Notes: generated by a model from the letters alone, not told the origin. Counted from the first letter of the whole stretch, positions 37,150 through 53,081 are shown. The stretch: DNA of 63,975 nucleotides, filler included, from Octopus bimaculoides (GCF_001194135.2; 6 parts of 5 records of this genome joined end to end with filler, not necessarily neighbours in it), one strand, 5' to 3'. Numbers and translations: made by a program.

Positions 37150-39555
37150 ATATATATATATATATATATATATATATACTATATATAACTAATTTAGAGA
37201 CGAACCACCACTCTACAACTCAGTCAAATAAGAACCCATCCAAAAGCATGTTGTGAGGCATATAACATCAATATATATCTAAGATTTTAATCTAAAATTT
37301 TAATAGTTTTAATAATATATCATATAAAGAAACATTCATCATAAAAATACTAATTTAAAAATCATATAAATTATAAATAGGACAGTAAAAATTAATACAA
37401 TAATATAATGTGTGAAAGTATAAATGTATAAAAGTCAGTGCTAGTACATAGACTATGCACATTTCATGGCTGAAATAGGACTATATAAAATCATAAGTAA
37501 ATTCTATCCAAGTTCATTAGAACGGGGAAATGATTTTACTCCCCAAATCAGTCACACTTCAGGTCGAATTTCTAAAAAAATATGCCTAAAATCATTCAAG
37601 GAATAAACATAAACATGAGAAATAAAAATATATATAAAGAGACAAAAGCTGTAAACTAATCCCTACGTTAATGGTATTAATATAATTATTAAGAGTTACA
37701 ATCTAGAAATATTGGAAAAGAGTATTATAGTGAGCAGGGTTAAAACATTATGGAAAAAGTAAATAATATATTTATAAAATAAAATAATGAAAATGTTTTT
37801 ATTTTTCATTCCCTTTCGAAATTATCCCTAATTGTGGTGTGGAGTTTTGACTGCTACTTCTAGTGGGTTAGATGTCCTATTATGGACATCTCTGATGTGT
37901 TTAAATGTACACTGTATTTAAATGAATAATATATAGTCTATTCACTAATTTTTTCTTCTCGCTAGACAACTGGTAGCATATAGAATTTCTAAAATTTTTT
38001 TGCTACCCTCAGATTTATTAATATATATATATATATATATCAGAACTAAGTTTATCCAAATGAAATTATCAATTACAATGCTATAAAAATCTTGATTAAA
38101 GACTTCACTTAATATTTCAGTCAGTTAATTGGGGTTTAATTAAGTCATTAAATGTTTTGTTTAAAACATCTGTTGAAATGATTGCAACAAAGTTGAGTAA
38201 TTGTTTGCCCTTGAATGCCTTTAACAATGTAAGCACTCAGAACAAAAACAGATTATTTCTGCATATGTTCACAGAACTTATGAGCCATCCATATGTACTA
38301 GAAGAAAATTGGCATTAAGATGATGTTGATAATCTTCCAAATATAAATATATGCTAAGTTTCTAATGTTGAAGTTTTTCAAGTTACATTTATCATTGGTG
38401 TATAGAATTATTATTTTATCGTTTTTAAAATTTGAAATGAATGTGTTCCACTTAAAACCTGCATCATTGCTACAGTTATTAATACTATAACTACTACTAC
38501 TGCTACTACTATTACAACTACTACTTGATTATATTTTAGGTTAGTATTGATATATTTAATGCTTTAAAAATTAAAAAGCTAATACCATTCTCCTTTCAAA
38601 GCAAAAGCAGAAGACAGTTCCTGACATTTTTGCATTATTCTGACCTCATCAGTAAAGCATAGATCTCACAATACTTACCAAATAGAATATGAATTAATCA
38701 TTTTGCAAATATACAAGTTTGTACATTTCTTGGCATAGAATAGTAGAATTCTTTGGAGATTAAATAATACAAAGATACAGGCTATGTGAAAATAAAAATT
38801 AAGTTGAGGGTAATTTATTTAAAGTATTTGATCATGTGAAAATTAAAAATGCAGTGATTTAAAAAATGAATATTAGTCTTTATCTAGTATCATTTGCATT
38901 TTCCTATCAGATATAGGAAACCACACTGGAGCCATCTAATCTGTCAAGAATTTTATTTTCACATGTTTTGTGTATTTACTTATTGATTCAGTTTTTGTAG
39001 TCATTTTATTATCTTGATCTTATGCTATTTACTTTGTTTTATATTATATCTATTTATTGTGCTTTTAATTATTAATTATTCTATATGTGACAGTGGATTT
39101 TCATCGATGAGTTCATGAACCTTGGTTCTTTTCCCTAAAACTATATATATATANNNNNNNNNNNNNNNNNNNNNNNNNNNNNNNNNNNNNNNNNNNNNNN
39201 NNNNNNNNNNNNNNNNNNNNNNNNNNNNNNNNNNNNNNNNNNNNNNNNNNNNNNNNNNNNNNNNNNNNNNNNNNNNNNNNNNNNNNNNNNNNNNNNNNNN
39301 NNNNNNNNNNNNNNNNNNNNNNNNNNNNNNNNNNNNNNNNNNNNNNNNNNNNNNNNNNNNNNNNNNNNNNNNNNNNNNNNNNNNNNNNNNNNNNNNNNNN
39401 NNNNNNNNNNNNNNNNNNNNNNNNNNNNNNNNNNNNNNNNNNNNNNNNNNNNNNNNNNNNNNNNNNNNNNNNNNNNNNNNNNNNNNNNNNNNNNNNNNNN
39501 NNNNNNNNNNNNNNNNNNNNNNNNNNNNNNNNNNNNNNNNNNNNNNNNNNNNNNA

Positions 39556-39760
39556 AAATCACAGTAGAATAGACATATTATAATTGTGGCAACATTTCAA
39601 ATCCAAGTGGGAGGAAGAATACATAAAAATCCATCTTGACATAGCCAAGTCTATCAGGCTGATAGACTTGGCTATGTCAAGATGGATTTTTATGTATTCT
39701 TCCTCCCACTTGGATTTGAAATGTTGCCACAATTATAATATGTCTATTCTACTGTGATTT
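39556..39760. repeat. Perfect inverted repeat, 102-bp arms, 1-nt spacer
   Basis: 39556-39657 is the exact reverse complement of 39659-39760, centre CTATCAG-G-CTGATAG; the left arm abuts an N gap. Confidence 0.95.
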
Positions 39761-39772
39761 TTTGCATTTTCC

Positions 39773-39860
39773 TGCAGCTGAAGATTCCTCTACATATTGC
39801 ATTTAATGTAATGCTCGCATTACTTAAATAAATGGAGTAGCATGAAACGTGCGTACTGCA
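39773..39860 (+). ncRNA. Decayed hammerhead-like motif
   Basis: TGCAG-CTGAAGA-...-GAAA-CGTGCG-TA-CTGCA. Stem I 5 bp, core intact, stem II poorly paired. Confidence 0.4.
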
Positions 39861-41334
39861 ATCATCTTTGAAATCCGTGTTGCTTATTTTGATTTTATAT
39901 AAATATATATATATATATATATTTACCTATATGGTTGGTATATTTGTAGACAACTGAGTTGCAATATATAAATATCAAAAATAACATCCATTTCCTTGCA
40001 TAGTGTAGATTCAATCCACAGACCTCTAAACTATGAGCTCAGTACATCTCCACTCTGCCATCTGCTCAACAAGTGATTAAGTATATATATAATGTATTAT
40101 CTCTTTTGCTTGTTATGGGTTACATTATTTCTATTACATCATCCTTCATTGTTATCTAGATGTATGAAATATAGTATCTACACACTACTTATTAAGGTTA
40201 TCTCTACAGATATTCCATTGAAATTATAGCTAGCACTGATTCTTGTTACTTTTCATATTGAAGACATCAGATGTAAACAAACAATGAGATCGATGATGAC
40301 AAAAGCGTATATGCCAGTAAGTGCTGCAACACTGGGATTTTAATTTACTTACTGAAAGGTAACATTTCACTCTGCCAATACTTCACAAATCACAATTGAC
40401 ACACCATATGCATTGAGCAATGTGTTGCAAATTTTTCTGAGTATCTCTTCAATAGCTATTTTCAAATCAGCCAGAAACAAACCAATTCTATAAATATTTT
40501 GCCAGTACAGAACTATTTAGCTCATATTTACAAATGAAAAATTTCCATTAGTTTCAAGTCATTAATGCTGGATTGAATTTAGAATAAAACACCTTATGAT
40601 AAGTGAAGATCAAACTGGTGAGGTATGGTGTGGATTTTTATCTCTAAAATTGTGTTTAATTTCTAGATGTGATCACATTTCTTTGTCAAAGTCAATGCCA
40701 TTATGAAGTTATGCTTAAGGGTGAATTATTGATAAACTGGAGTTTGTCATAAGTATTTCATTGCTATTAGACTGTACAGAACACTTGTTGTTTACCCCAA
40801 GTTAGTGCCGTTTGAGCAGATCTATGAGCAAGTGAATTCCAACCATGGCCAACACATCTCTTTGTTTATTAGTGTTATAATTATGCACTATATTCATTAT
40901 TCAAGATGATAGTGTGAGTTGTGTGCAACTCTGCATTTCCTGAAGGTTGAGCAACCACATTAAACATTTTTACTCTAATTTGTGTTCTTGTCACACATAT
41001 TCTGTTTGACCTAAGTATATTCCTTGCTTACTATTTTGTTACTATCGAACATGCAGATACTTAAGGCAAAACACTTTTTTTTTTCTTCCAGGCTTCAGAG
41101 ATATCTAAGAGATAAATTGATTGTTTAATGTATATCATACAGTTTTCATGTATGATATCTTTTCCAGAAACAGCCTTCATATTCAGTATTTGTCACTCAG
41201 CTTTTCTACTAGGACTACTTTGGGTTTATTTGTAACATGGTGTATGTGTGTGTATACACACACACACACACATTTAGTTAATGAATGATCTTGCATGACC
41301 TGAGTAATAATAGTGATAAATATTAGATAATTAT

Positions 41335-42030
41335 TATCATCATCATCATCATCGTTTAATGTCTGCCTTCCATGCTAGCATGGGTTGGATGATTTGACTG
41401 AGGACTGGCGAACCAGATAGCTACACCAGGCTCCAATCTGATTTGGAAGAGTTTCTACAGCTGGATGCCCTTCCTAACGCCAACCACTCCGAGAGTGTAG
41501 TGGGTGCTTTTACGTGCACCAGCACGAAGGCCAGTCAGGCGGTATTGGCAATGGCCATGCTCAAAATGTTGTATTTTATGTGCCACCTGCACAGGAGCCA
41601 GTCCAGCAGCACTGGCAACGATCTCACTCAAATGTTTTTTCACTTGCCACCGGCACCAATTGCCAGTAAGGCGATGCTGGTAACGTTAATGCTCAAATGG
41701 TGCTATTTACGTGCCACTGGCACAGAAGCCAGACAACTGCTTTGGCAATGATCACGCTCGGACTGTGCTCTTAGCACTCCACTGGTACAGGTGCCAACAT
41801 GATTTCAAATCCACTTGCCCTAACAGGTCTTCACAAGCCGAGTTTAGTGTCCAATGAAGGAGAGGTTTGCATGGGTGCCAGTCATTGAATATGGTTTGAT
41901 TTTGATTACTTGCCTCAACAGGTCTTCGCAAGCGGAGTTTAGTGTCCAATGAAGGAAAGGTACACATAAGTGGGCTGGCTACACCCCTGGCAGAGGCCTT
42001 GGATTATGGTCTCACTTGGCTTGCTGGCTA
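41335..42030 (-). mobile_element. Repeat family D, long copy
   Basis: (CAT)n-GTTTAATGTC...GGATGCCCTTCCTAACGCCAACC; internal duplications including 2x CAACAGGTCTTC.CAAGC.GAGTTTAGTGTCCAATGAAGG. Confidence 0.75.
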
Positions 42031-44282
42031 TTAAATATGCCTTTGCATGTTCTAGAATGGAATTTTGTTAAAACCTATGATGTGATACGATGCAATATGA
42101 TGACAATATTATAAAATATTTGTAAGAGTGCACGACTTAGTGGTTTATGTGTTGCACTCACAATCATTGAGATTATGGGTTTCATACTTGAACTGGGCAG
42201 TCTGTTGTGTTCTTGTGCAAAACACTACATCTCGTGTTGTTCTGTGATCACTTTGATATTGGATGTGCAGCACACAGTGCACTTGTACAGGTAATGTCAA
42301 TTTGATCAATGAGTGAGTGAGATAACGTGCAGCATAAACATTTGATCACTATAAACAAATCATTTGTGCAGATTTGTCAGCAAGAAATTGCAGAACCATC
42401 TTCCTTGAACTTGAGAAACTACCATTCATGATTAAATATTTACTGACTGTTATACTGTTGTAATAAAATGATTAATCATAACCTAATATAATTTACTATA
42501 TCTTAAAATATGTCTATTTTCTTACAATTAACCTCAAAAGATGATACAACTTGAGTTGTCATGTTTCTAGCAATCCATGTATTTTCTATACGTTTGCTGA
42601 GAATTTTACAAATTTCCAATTCTTCTCAATAGCGATGTAGTAGATGACAAAGAATACTGCACTATGGCTTTGATGAAATTTATGAAATGTGAACCTTTCC
42701 ATTCTAGAATCAACATTTTCTTTGAATTCCACCGAGGTTGACTTTGCTTTTCATCTTTTCGGGTTCAATAAATCAAGTACCAGTTATATACTGGGGTTGA
42801 TCTAATTGACTGCCCCACACCACCAAATATTTCGGGTCTTGTGCCTAGAATAAAAAAAATATTTTCTTTGAATATTAAAATTTTTAAAGCCTTTCTGTTC
42901 TTTTCAACATTATGTTTAGAATATGAAATAATAAAACAATAAAATTCAAATGAAAGATCTCTTGAGAATTATGGTCTGTAATGGCTATTAGAACTGTGAG
43001 ACAGTAGAGGGAAATTCTAGAATATATGTAAATACAGAAATATGTAAATGTCAGTATTTGAAATTCTTAGATAATATCTGAATAAAGCATACTAATGAAA
43101 TGCTTGGACAAATAGGACAAATTATGAGTTTTTAAAAAAAATCTTTTTATCAGTATTTTTAAAGATGCAGTGACTCTGCAGTTAAGATATTATTATAATA
43201 TTACCCCACTTACTATAGATTCTAAAATTGTTTGGAAACTAGCTGAAAATTTATATCTGTAAAGTTGTCTACAGGTTTTATTTGGCAAGGTAAGTTTTAG
43301 ATTGTGACATTGTTCTTATAGAAGAAAAGAAAGAAGATTATTTATTAAATCAATTTGCATTTCTTTTGTAATATTACATTAAGCTGATAGAAATAAAAAG
43401 AAACTCTTTCTTTATATTCTGTTGTCACATGCTTCTACTGTTGGCAGCCTATGAAATAAGCACTATTAATATACTATTTTTCATTCAATCAAAAGAAATT
43501 GACATTTCATTTTTAGTATTAAAGTTTAATAATTAAAACTTAAGTATCCCTATTTACAGAAGAAAGAATTATGCATACTGTTTGGATTAGTACCTAACAA
43601 AAATAATAGTGGATTGATAGATTTTTGAATTCTGGGATAGGAAGAAAATATTAATTTTTCACAGATAAGAACTTTATAACAATTAGAACTTTACTTCAGT
43701 CATTCATCATGTCAACTTTATAATATTTATTACGAGTCTAATGGAGTTAGCACAATTTAGAAATTGAATTTATTATATCCAGAATTTTTCATCTTTTAAA
43801 TCAAATGTAGTTAGTTATCTTTGTTATCAAGTACTGCAATTGACAATTAAATTGGTGATAACGTGTTGAATGAAATCTATTAACTATCTTTCATTTTGAT
43901 ATGAATCAAATGACAGCTCAGGAAGTAAATTACTACCACACCAGAAAAAGATAATTCTAAAATTTTGGACTGCTCCCACACACCATTAAATAAGAAGGGA
44001 CCTTCCATCAATGGCACACAAGCTTGTTCTATATTGCTGAGCTTTATTAAAATAGTAAAAAGAATAGTTTTGAAGTAGAAGTAGTCAAAAATAAAAATCA
44101 CTAAGAGAGATGGGTTTTACATATTGTCATTACACAGGCAAAATGAATTAAAGAAAACTATTACATTTTATTTTGTACTATTCAGTGATAATTGATATTA
44201 AGGAAAAAAAACCATTAGAATCTATAAAGTGTTTAAGATAATGTATGTGTGTAATTATAGCAGTTGAAAAATTAATGGCTAG

Positions 44283-45155
<873 letters not shown>

Positions 45156-48100
45156 GGCTAGACTATATTAGGAAACCTTGAGAAATAAAAGTGGTTCATC
45201 TGAAAGAACCTCTGAAGTACTGTATAATTTAATGTTTCATTTGGAGTGTAAAGTACTTAACAACTGCACTTTGGAAAATTGTCAGTCTTATAGATGAAGT
45301 CTCTGTAGGATGCTTACTTTCAAATGTGTTGTAAATGCATTAACTGGAACTTAAATCATGTTGGTGTATTATGAGTCTAACTTTTAGACAAACTCCTTTC
45401 CTTCTGTCATTATGGTTTTTCAATTTTCTTCACTAATATTGCTGAGAGAAGCACAGCGTTAGCTAGAAAAGAAATAAGAAAATAGTTGGTTTTCTCATAG
45501 CAAGTGAACCAATATTAATCTTTTCCCTATTGTTATCAACTCCAAATGAGAAATACCTCTATATTTCAGTTAGACTTGGTAGAAATAGTAGTCAAATCTC
45601 CATCACACTACTGTATAATTTATGCATGCTTGAGTCAATAAAGAAGACCTGTATATAGTATCTAAACCTGAAAGAAATAGCAGCCATCTCCTTAAAGCCA
45701 CTCTTCATTGCTTCATGTATGCATATATGTATGTATAGAGCAACAAGAATGAACACTATGTTGTTTGATTGATTTGCTAGAAATAGTGACCAAATCATCC
45801 TCTAATTGTGCTTTGTTGTTTTATGTATGTCTATACATATGTGTGGAAGAAGACTTTACATGTTATTTTAACCTGGTAGAAATAGTAATCAGATCCCCTT
45901 CAATCCCCTGCTGTTTCATATATGTATGAGCCAACAAGAGTATCATTAAATGGTTGCTAATTTCTGTCAAGCAATAACCTAGATCTTACAAAACTTTGTG
46001 ATAGCATAGAAGTCATGATCTAAAACATGATGACTATGTTTTGGTTGTCACAATCATTTTGAGAAAATTTTCTGAATAGAAGTTTTTTTGTTTTAGAATA
46101 CCTCTGAAGCCAACTGATTTGCTAATTGTACATAAAAGGCTTCAGTTTTTTGCTTTTTTAGTCAGACTATTCCACATAACCTACAACATACCTCAAGGGT
46201 AAATAACAAAAGATTTGGGGCGGAATCTAGTGGATAAACTGACCTTGGTGAAAGCTTGCTTTTCACAAGATCAGCTTCATCTTGGTATTTCAAAAGCTGG
46301 AAAGCCTGGTGGTCTCTATCACAGTATCACAGGACAAAATCAAGAATATTGTTCACCTTAAAGGTTTGGGATTGAACAAGTGACCAAGAAATTTTTCAAG
46401 TAATTCCTACCATAGTGAAAGTGGACTGAGTTCCTGTTTTATTGGTCTGTTTATATGTGCCAAAGTTAGTGTGTTACTGCACAGTGCTATTCTCATACAA
46501 TAGCTGAGCAGTGTTTGATACTTCTGCTGGAATACACACACACACTTATGCACACACATACACATGCATACACATGTGTATGCAAGCATATATATTTACA
46601 TACAAACTCATATGTTTAAATAAAAAAGTTGCAAATTCCATCAACAAGAAAACCTGAAGATAATACCCCAAAATCTAAAATGTAGTGTAATTTTTGCCAC
46701 AGTATTAGAAACTAGCAAGAAACATCAATAAAGAATGTGTTATTCTTACTGCTATACACCTGCTGAGATCAATATTGGATCATTAAGTCACATTTTTGCT
46801 ATTGGAATTAACTAGGCTAAATGAAGTGCTTATTGAAGATATAATTGATCAAGAAGGGAAAGAAAATGTAAATGGTTCAAAAAGCATGTTATATTTTTTG
46901 TAATGGTTTTAAAAGCAAAGGAATATTGTTTGTAAGTCTGAAAGGAAATCAAAGAATAATGTATTTTAGAAAAGTGTGCCTAGATATAGATGTATTGAAT
47001 TTAGTTTTAGAAGATAGTTTGAATTTCTGTATAATGAGTGCATAAGATATATTGATAATATACACAGTATATTATCCATAATCTGCATTTGATATTCTAA
47101 AATCTTTATAATAAATAAATACATTAGATTGTTCTCTTGTTATCCAGGCTTTTGTTCAACCTTTGGATTATATTTGTACAGACTAATAATAATAAATTAA
47201 TTACTGTAGAAGTTATTTAAATTTTGGTAGATAAATTGTCTTCCATTTGCTATCTTCCAATCTTTTTCTTTTTGTTTAAATAGGAATGCATACTTTACCT
47301 ATTTAGGCTATTACTATCTAAATTATTGCAATACAATTCAAAGAATAAGAATGTCAGTTGATAATTACAAAGACATTAACTCCCAGACAAAATAGCAGTT
47401 TACTGAAGTGCATATTGAAAATATATTGTATGGTAAAAGAAATGAAAATTAGAAAGTTAAAATAAAAATCTGAGAAGAAAACTTATATTAAGAATAAAAC
47501 TTCCAGCTTCAAGAATCATATGGTTAAGCTTTGCATTTTACTCTGCTTGCCTAGTATAGCATGTTGAGATTGAGTGCTATTACAGGTTCATATTGAAGTA
47601 TTTATCTGCAAAAAGAATATTTTTAAGGTAATATCCAGTACTGCCTATGCTAGCATGGAATGTGGAATGGAACATAATTTTTAAAATTCGGTTAAAAATA
47701 TTTAATTTCAACATGGAAAATAGAAATAATTAATGTTTACTTGTTTAATCAGATCAGTGTTATCAATAAATTGAAAACATTTGAATCCATTTCTCTATGA
47801 GAGGGAAGGTGTACACAATGTAATAGAAACTAATATTATTTAATCAGTTTCTCGTGTTTTCACATAAGGTTTCTAATTTTTAACTTTTTAAAGTTCAAAC
47901 TCGAAAAAGATAAAATTTTTATGTGGTTAAGTCCCTCATATCTATAATATTTTCACAACCAAATGATTCTAATATTTCAATTTCTTAAACCAAAAGGTCA
48001 TCCTTATTAAATCTGTATTGCTTCAGCAGAAACTCCTTCATTTCTGTAAATTATGCGTGTGAATGTCACACAAAAGATATGTCTGGCAAAACTGACTTCC

Positions 48101-51100
48101 ATGCAAGAAACTGTAGATTTTTACATTCTAAAGTTTTTGCCTTGGTTTTCAAAATTCTACTGACATAACACTCATAATAGCAATTTCTGGTAGGGTAGTA
48201 TATGTTTAAGTAGTTAGTTAGGACACTCCATCATGCAACAAAGATTTCTGTTCAGATGCCATGAAGTAGTTTCTTAGATTTGAGTAGACAATATCATGAA
48301 CAATATCAAGCTAAAAATATAAAGATAACATAATCAAGTAAGAAATTACTCTCAATAGGGATTCACAAAGCAAAGATTTTTATAGTGATTACCTTCATTC
48401 CCAGATAAAATATTCATTTATTCCACATTAATAAATTTAAGGGGTGTAAAATATAAATATTAACTCTAAAACATTGTAAAGTTTAAGGTTTATTTTCTAT
48501 ACAATTACACAGTTCTGCAATCAAAGAAAAGTATACTATTATGTAAATCAAAGAATTCCAGTCAGTATGTAACCACCAGTAATAGCATGGGTCTAGCAAA
48601 CAAATATGAGGTGATCAATGTTTAGAAATATAAAAAAAGATTTTAAATAGTCAAAGCAAGAGGTCTGGAAATGAGTATGAAGCTGTTTTCCTGTAAATCG
48701 CTCTCCCTTGAAATCCCTCTTTTGTCATATCTACAAAGAAACATCAAATCTGGTTTTTTGAAGTCAGAGAAATAAAGTTAATACTCATGATCTTTTTCAG
48801 AAACTCTGAGATTGATGTAAAGAAAAGAGAAAAAATTATCTTCAGACTGAAGTTGTAGCCTGAGTGCTTGTAACTGAGTGGGTAACTCTAACAACACTCA
48901 TAGGCATATTGGTATTGTTAAATCTGATATGGATTAAGCTTACCTCCTCAATATAGGCATGATTCTTCTGAACTTTTACATAGATCCTATCTATCAAATT
49001 TTGTTCACAAGGCTTTGTTGACCCAATTTTGTATAGTGGGATTAAACTTGAAACCATCTTGTTGTGAAGTGAACTTCTTAGCCTCTCAGCCATACTTATG
49101 CTTAGTTGATTTGAACAATACCCTTATAATCAAACTTTCATTCAAGTTGTTAGCTTTCATCAGTCTATAGCTTTTCTAGCTTTCTGTTGTTTATTTACTT
49201 TGTGTATAACTTGTCTTTCTAAAAGAAACAATTTCAAACCCCTCTGTGATTAATGTTATAACCTTTTTTCATCTTTTGAAGTCTCAAACTCAAATCCTAT
49301 AGAAATTTCTAGACAGTCTGTAGGTGTTCTCAGATATTGTCTTTTCTTATGGAGATCTGTAGTAACTTTGTCTGATACTCTTCTACAATTGTTTCCAACT
49401 TTGTAAATAATTGTCATTAGAATCCAGTATTGAAAAAAAAAAAAAAAACCAGATAATGCTTCATATTATTTCATTTGTCACTGGATTCAATCTTTGGTAC
49501 TCATAGTTGGTAAATCAGGTGCTGTTTATTTTTTTTATTTAATCCTGAATTTAAATACCACATACTGTTAATAATATCTTTAGCATATCTCTATATTCAC
49601 AAACAACTTACAAATTACAATGAATAGCACTATATTCATAAATCTTTATATTCTAAATTAACAACACTCCATTTTCAGTTTTGTAGCATTTCTTACCCTC
49701 TTAATAGCTTTTGACAGTAAGAGATGTACATAAAATGGAATCATTCCTATACTTTTTAGTAATGCAACATAGTTTAGGTACTTGTATTCATACCACTTTC
49801 TCTAAAGTTTTATGTTCTTAATCATGATTGATGTTGATGTTTTTCTTTGGGCAGTAACACAATGCATGTATTTTAGATAGTTATTTATTTATTTATATAT
49901 TAAATTCTTCAATAATTCTGATGATGATGATGATTATGATGATCATCATCATCATTTAAGGTCCATTTTCCCTGCTGGCATAGATTGGATGGTTTGACAG
50001 GAGCTGACAAGTCAGAAGACTGAGCCAAGCTCTTCTGTCTGCTTTAGTATGGTTTCTACAGCTGGATGCCCATCCTAACACCAACCACTTTACAGAGTGC
50101 ACTGGGTACTTTTTATGTGTTGCCAGTAGCAGTGATATCACCAAATAATTCACAAGACAAGACCCCCTCAACTGAGGGTGGAGGGAGTTGTATTGAGGGA
50201 AGTGGCTTTGTGCCAGATTATGGGTGGTTAAATTATTAACAGAAGGACAGAAATAGGTGTCTTACATTTTAAAGGACCTTATATTCTAATGTCATCATCG
50301 TCATCATTTAACGTCCATTGTCCATGCTGGCATGGGTTTGAAGGTTTGACCAGGGCTGGCAAGCTGGAAGGCTGCACCAGATTCTAGTCTGATTTGGCAT
50401 GGTTTCTATGGCTGGATGCTTTTCCTAATGCTGTAACCAATAAATCATATTTGTTATGATGTTCAAAGGCAATTACAGAGACTTTTTATACCTTTGTATG
50501 AAGAAACTGCAAATGAGAGGTGCTAACTATCTCAACCTGTCAGCTATAATTTTACATTTTATTAAATGCTTTGGTGGTGGATACCTTTAACGGTATTCCT
50601 ATAATCCAATTGTTCACCTTGCATTGTCTACTTGCCTGTGAATTGTATTATTGGGATATAAATTCATTTGGGCTTTGTAAAGTTGTTTTCTACTTTCCAG
50701 TAAAGAGTCCTTTGTAATTAAATTGTTTATAATGATGTGGTTTTAGTGTTGACATTTGAAAGTTCGTAAATAGGTTTGTATTGTAGAGTAAATATTTTAG
50801 TGTTGAACGTTTATATCAGCTACTTTGGAGAAAACTAAAAATTGAAAAGACATTTTTAGGTTAAACAATATAATTCACCTCACACAGCACAATTTACAAA
50901 AATGTAGTTTTAAGTCCCTTGTACTTTAAGAACTCAACTACCATTATCTCATGAAAAAGTAAAATTTGTAAATTGTTATAAATAATTTTCTTTTTATACA
51001 TAATACATCATACATGTTGTTATCACTTTATTGTATATTTCTACTTAAATTATCAGCTCTGTATTAGAATGATAAATCTATACTAACTAGAAATTTTAAA

Positions 51101-51406
51101 ATCTAATATATTTAACCGTTATCTATTATGGATCGAAAAAATGTAAAGCAGCCTGTATTGTGTTCTCAAGTAGTTAGTGTATTGAAAGTGTTATCTTAGG
51201 CAAGATTCAACTGAAGCATTGAATAACATTTAAATTACTGTGAATTTTAAAATTCCTGCTTATAGCTTTCAAAGAACATGTACTTTTCATTACAGAGAAT
51301 AACTAGTTGAGCCTAACAAATAAATATACTGATGTATAATTGCCTGTTCGTTTTAATGTTTCTAAACTTTAACTATCTTATTTATATGTTATTTCTTTAT
51401 TGCTTA

Positions 51407-51615
51407 GAAGGGGCTAAACATAGAGGGGACAAACAAGGACAGACAAAGGGATTAAGTCGATTACATCGACCCCAGTGCATAACTGGTACTTAATTTATCG
51501 ACCCCAAAAGGATGAAAGGTAAAGTCGACCTCGGTGGAATTTGAACTCAGAACGTAACCACAGACGAGATACTGCTAAGCATTTCACTTGGTGTGCTAAT
51601 ATTTCTGCCAGCTCT
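51407..51615 (-). mobile_element. SINE family B (minus strand)
   Basis: Reverse complement of the family B head and core. Confidence 0.8.
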
Positions 51616-53081
51616 TATTTATGTGTTCTTTCTCATCATCTAAGTGATTAGGAATTGATGTTTTTGTGTTAGAAGACACGAAAAATATCATTCTGGTTAA
51701 TAATGTAAGAAACATTCATTATAATGTGACAAATATTTCAAGACAACCAGAGAGCTATCCATGCACTGGTTACTATGATTAAGAAACCTGTCTTCTTTTA
51801 GTTTAAAAAGTCTCTAACACATATACTAAAGTTATCACTGTCATCAGAAGACAAAGAAAGAAAGGAAGATCTTAATCAGTTGACTGGTGTTTCTTAGTGT
51901 GCCTTCTCCATTTTGCAGAAAATATGTAAAAAATATGTATATAATAAGAAATTATAACTACTTACTTGCAGATTATTTAAGTGAGTGAGTTGAGGGAAAA
52001 ACAAAACTTTGTATTGAGAGAAATAAGATAAACGTAGAAAAAATGTCACTTAGTTTAATAGGGTATCAAAGAGTTGAATAAAATTCTAATGTATGAAGAA
52101 TTTTTTGAGTAACACTTATATAATTAAACTATTTTTGATAATATTTTAATTTTAGTTCTTTTAAGTATATGTCAGTTGTAGAGCAATGACTACAAAATAT
52201 GAAGTCCATAGTCATTATGCACTTCTGAAATTATATAACTACATTGATACTAGTTAATGTCTTCTTTTCTTAATATTTCATTGAATACTCAGTAATGAGA
52301 TTGTAAATATGCTTCATCCTTGCAAAAGAATTGACTGAAGCTCCTTGCATACATCACGAAATGCATTAACTTAAAAGAAGATACTTGTTTCATTGAAGTA
52401 TTTATTTAGGTTGTCATTTGTTAGATATATTAAAATTCTTGTTACAAGAAAATAAAAATGGAATTAAAGACTCATCAGTTCTTGAAGTTATAGCTTACTT
52501 TAAAATATTTGGTAAACATCATTGTTACTTTCTTAGTTAAACTGCATGAAATGAATTTGACTTCTTTAAACTTTCTATGTGAAGGCACATGGCATAGTGG
52601 TTACAGTGTCACACTCATGATTGCTATCAATTTCCAAACCAGGTGGTGTGTTGTGTTCTTGAGCAAAACACTTCATTTCACATTGCTCTGTGAATGAGCA
52701 GAATCGTTGGTGCACTAGCAGAGATACTTTATGGTATATCTTCTAGCTCTCTACATTCTGAGTTCAAATCCCACCTGCCTGGAGGAGGCAGTGGGAAACC
52801 ACTCAAGTATTCATGCTATGTCTAGTATGGTAGCTGAAGTTCCTGTAATCTATGTGTGAAGGTATGAGCCCAGCCCGGTTGTATAGAGAGTCCTGGAGAA
52901 GGCTCACATGCACAGGACTTGCCCAAGGACCGACCACTGCTAGAGGAACTTACTATGGATTTTAATACATATTTTGGAGACTTTTAACATATATATGGTT
53001 GTTTTTGTTTGGATATTTTATTTTTCTTCATTTGATTTTTCATAATTTGTAGATAAAAAATTGAGTAAAATACAGCAATAT

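Noticed and set aside
3221-39583. Long ORFs of 130-395 aa in the ORF track (for example 22381..23568, 29964..31124, 32772..33281, 39122..39583)
   Set aside because: They consist of N gaps plus microsatellite translations.
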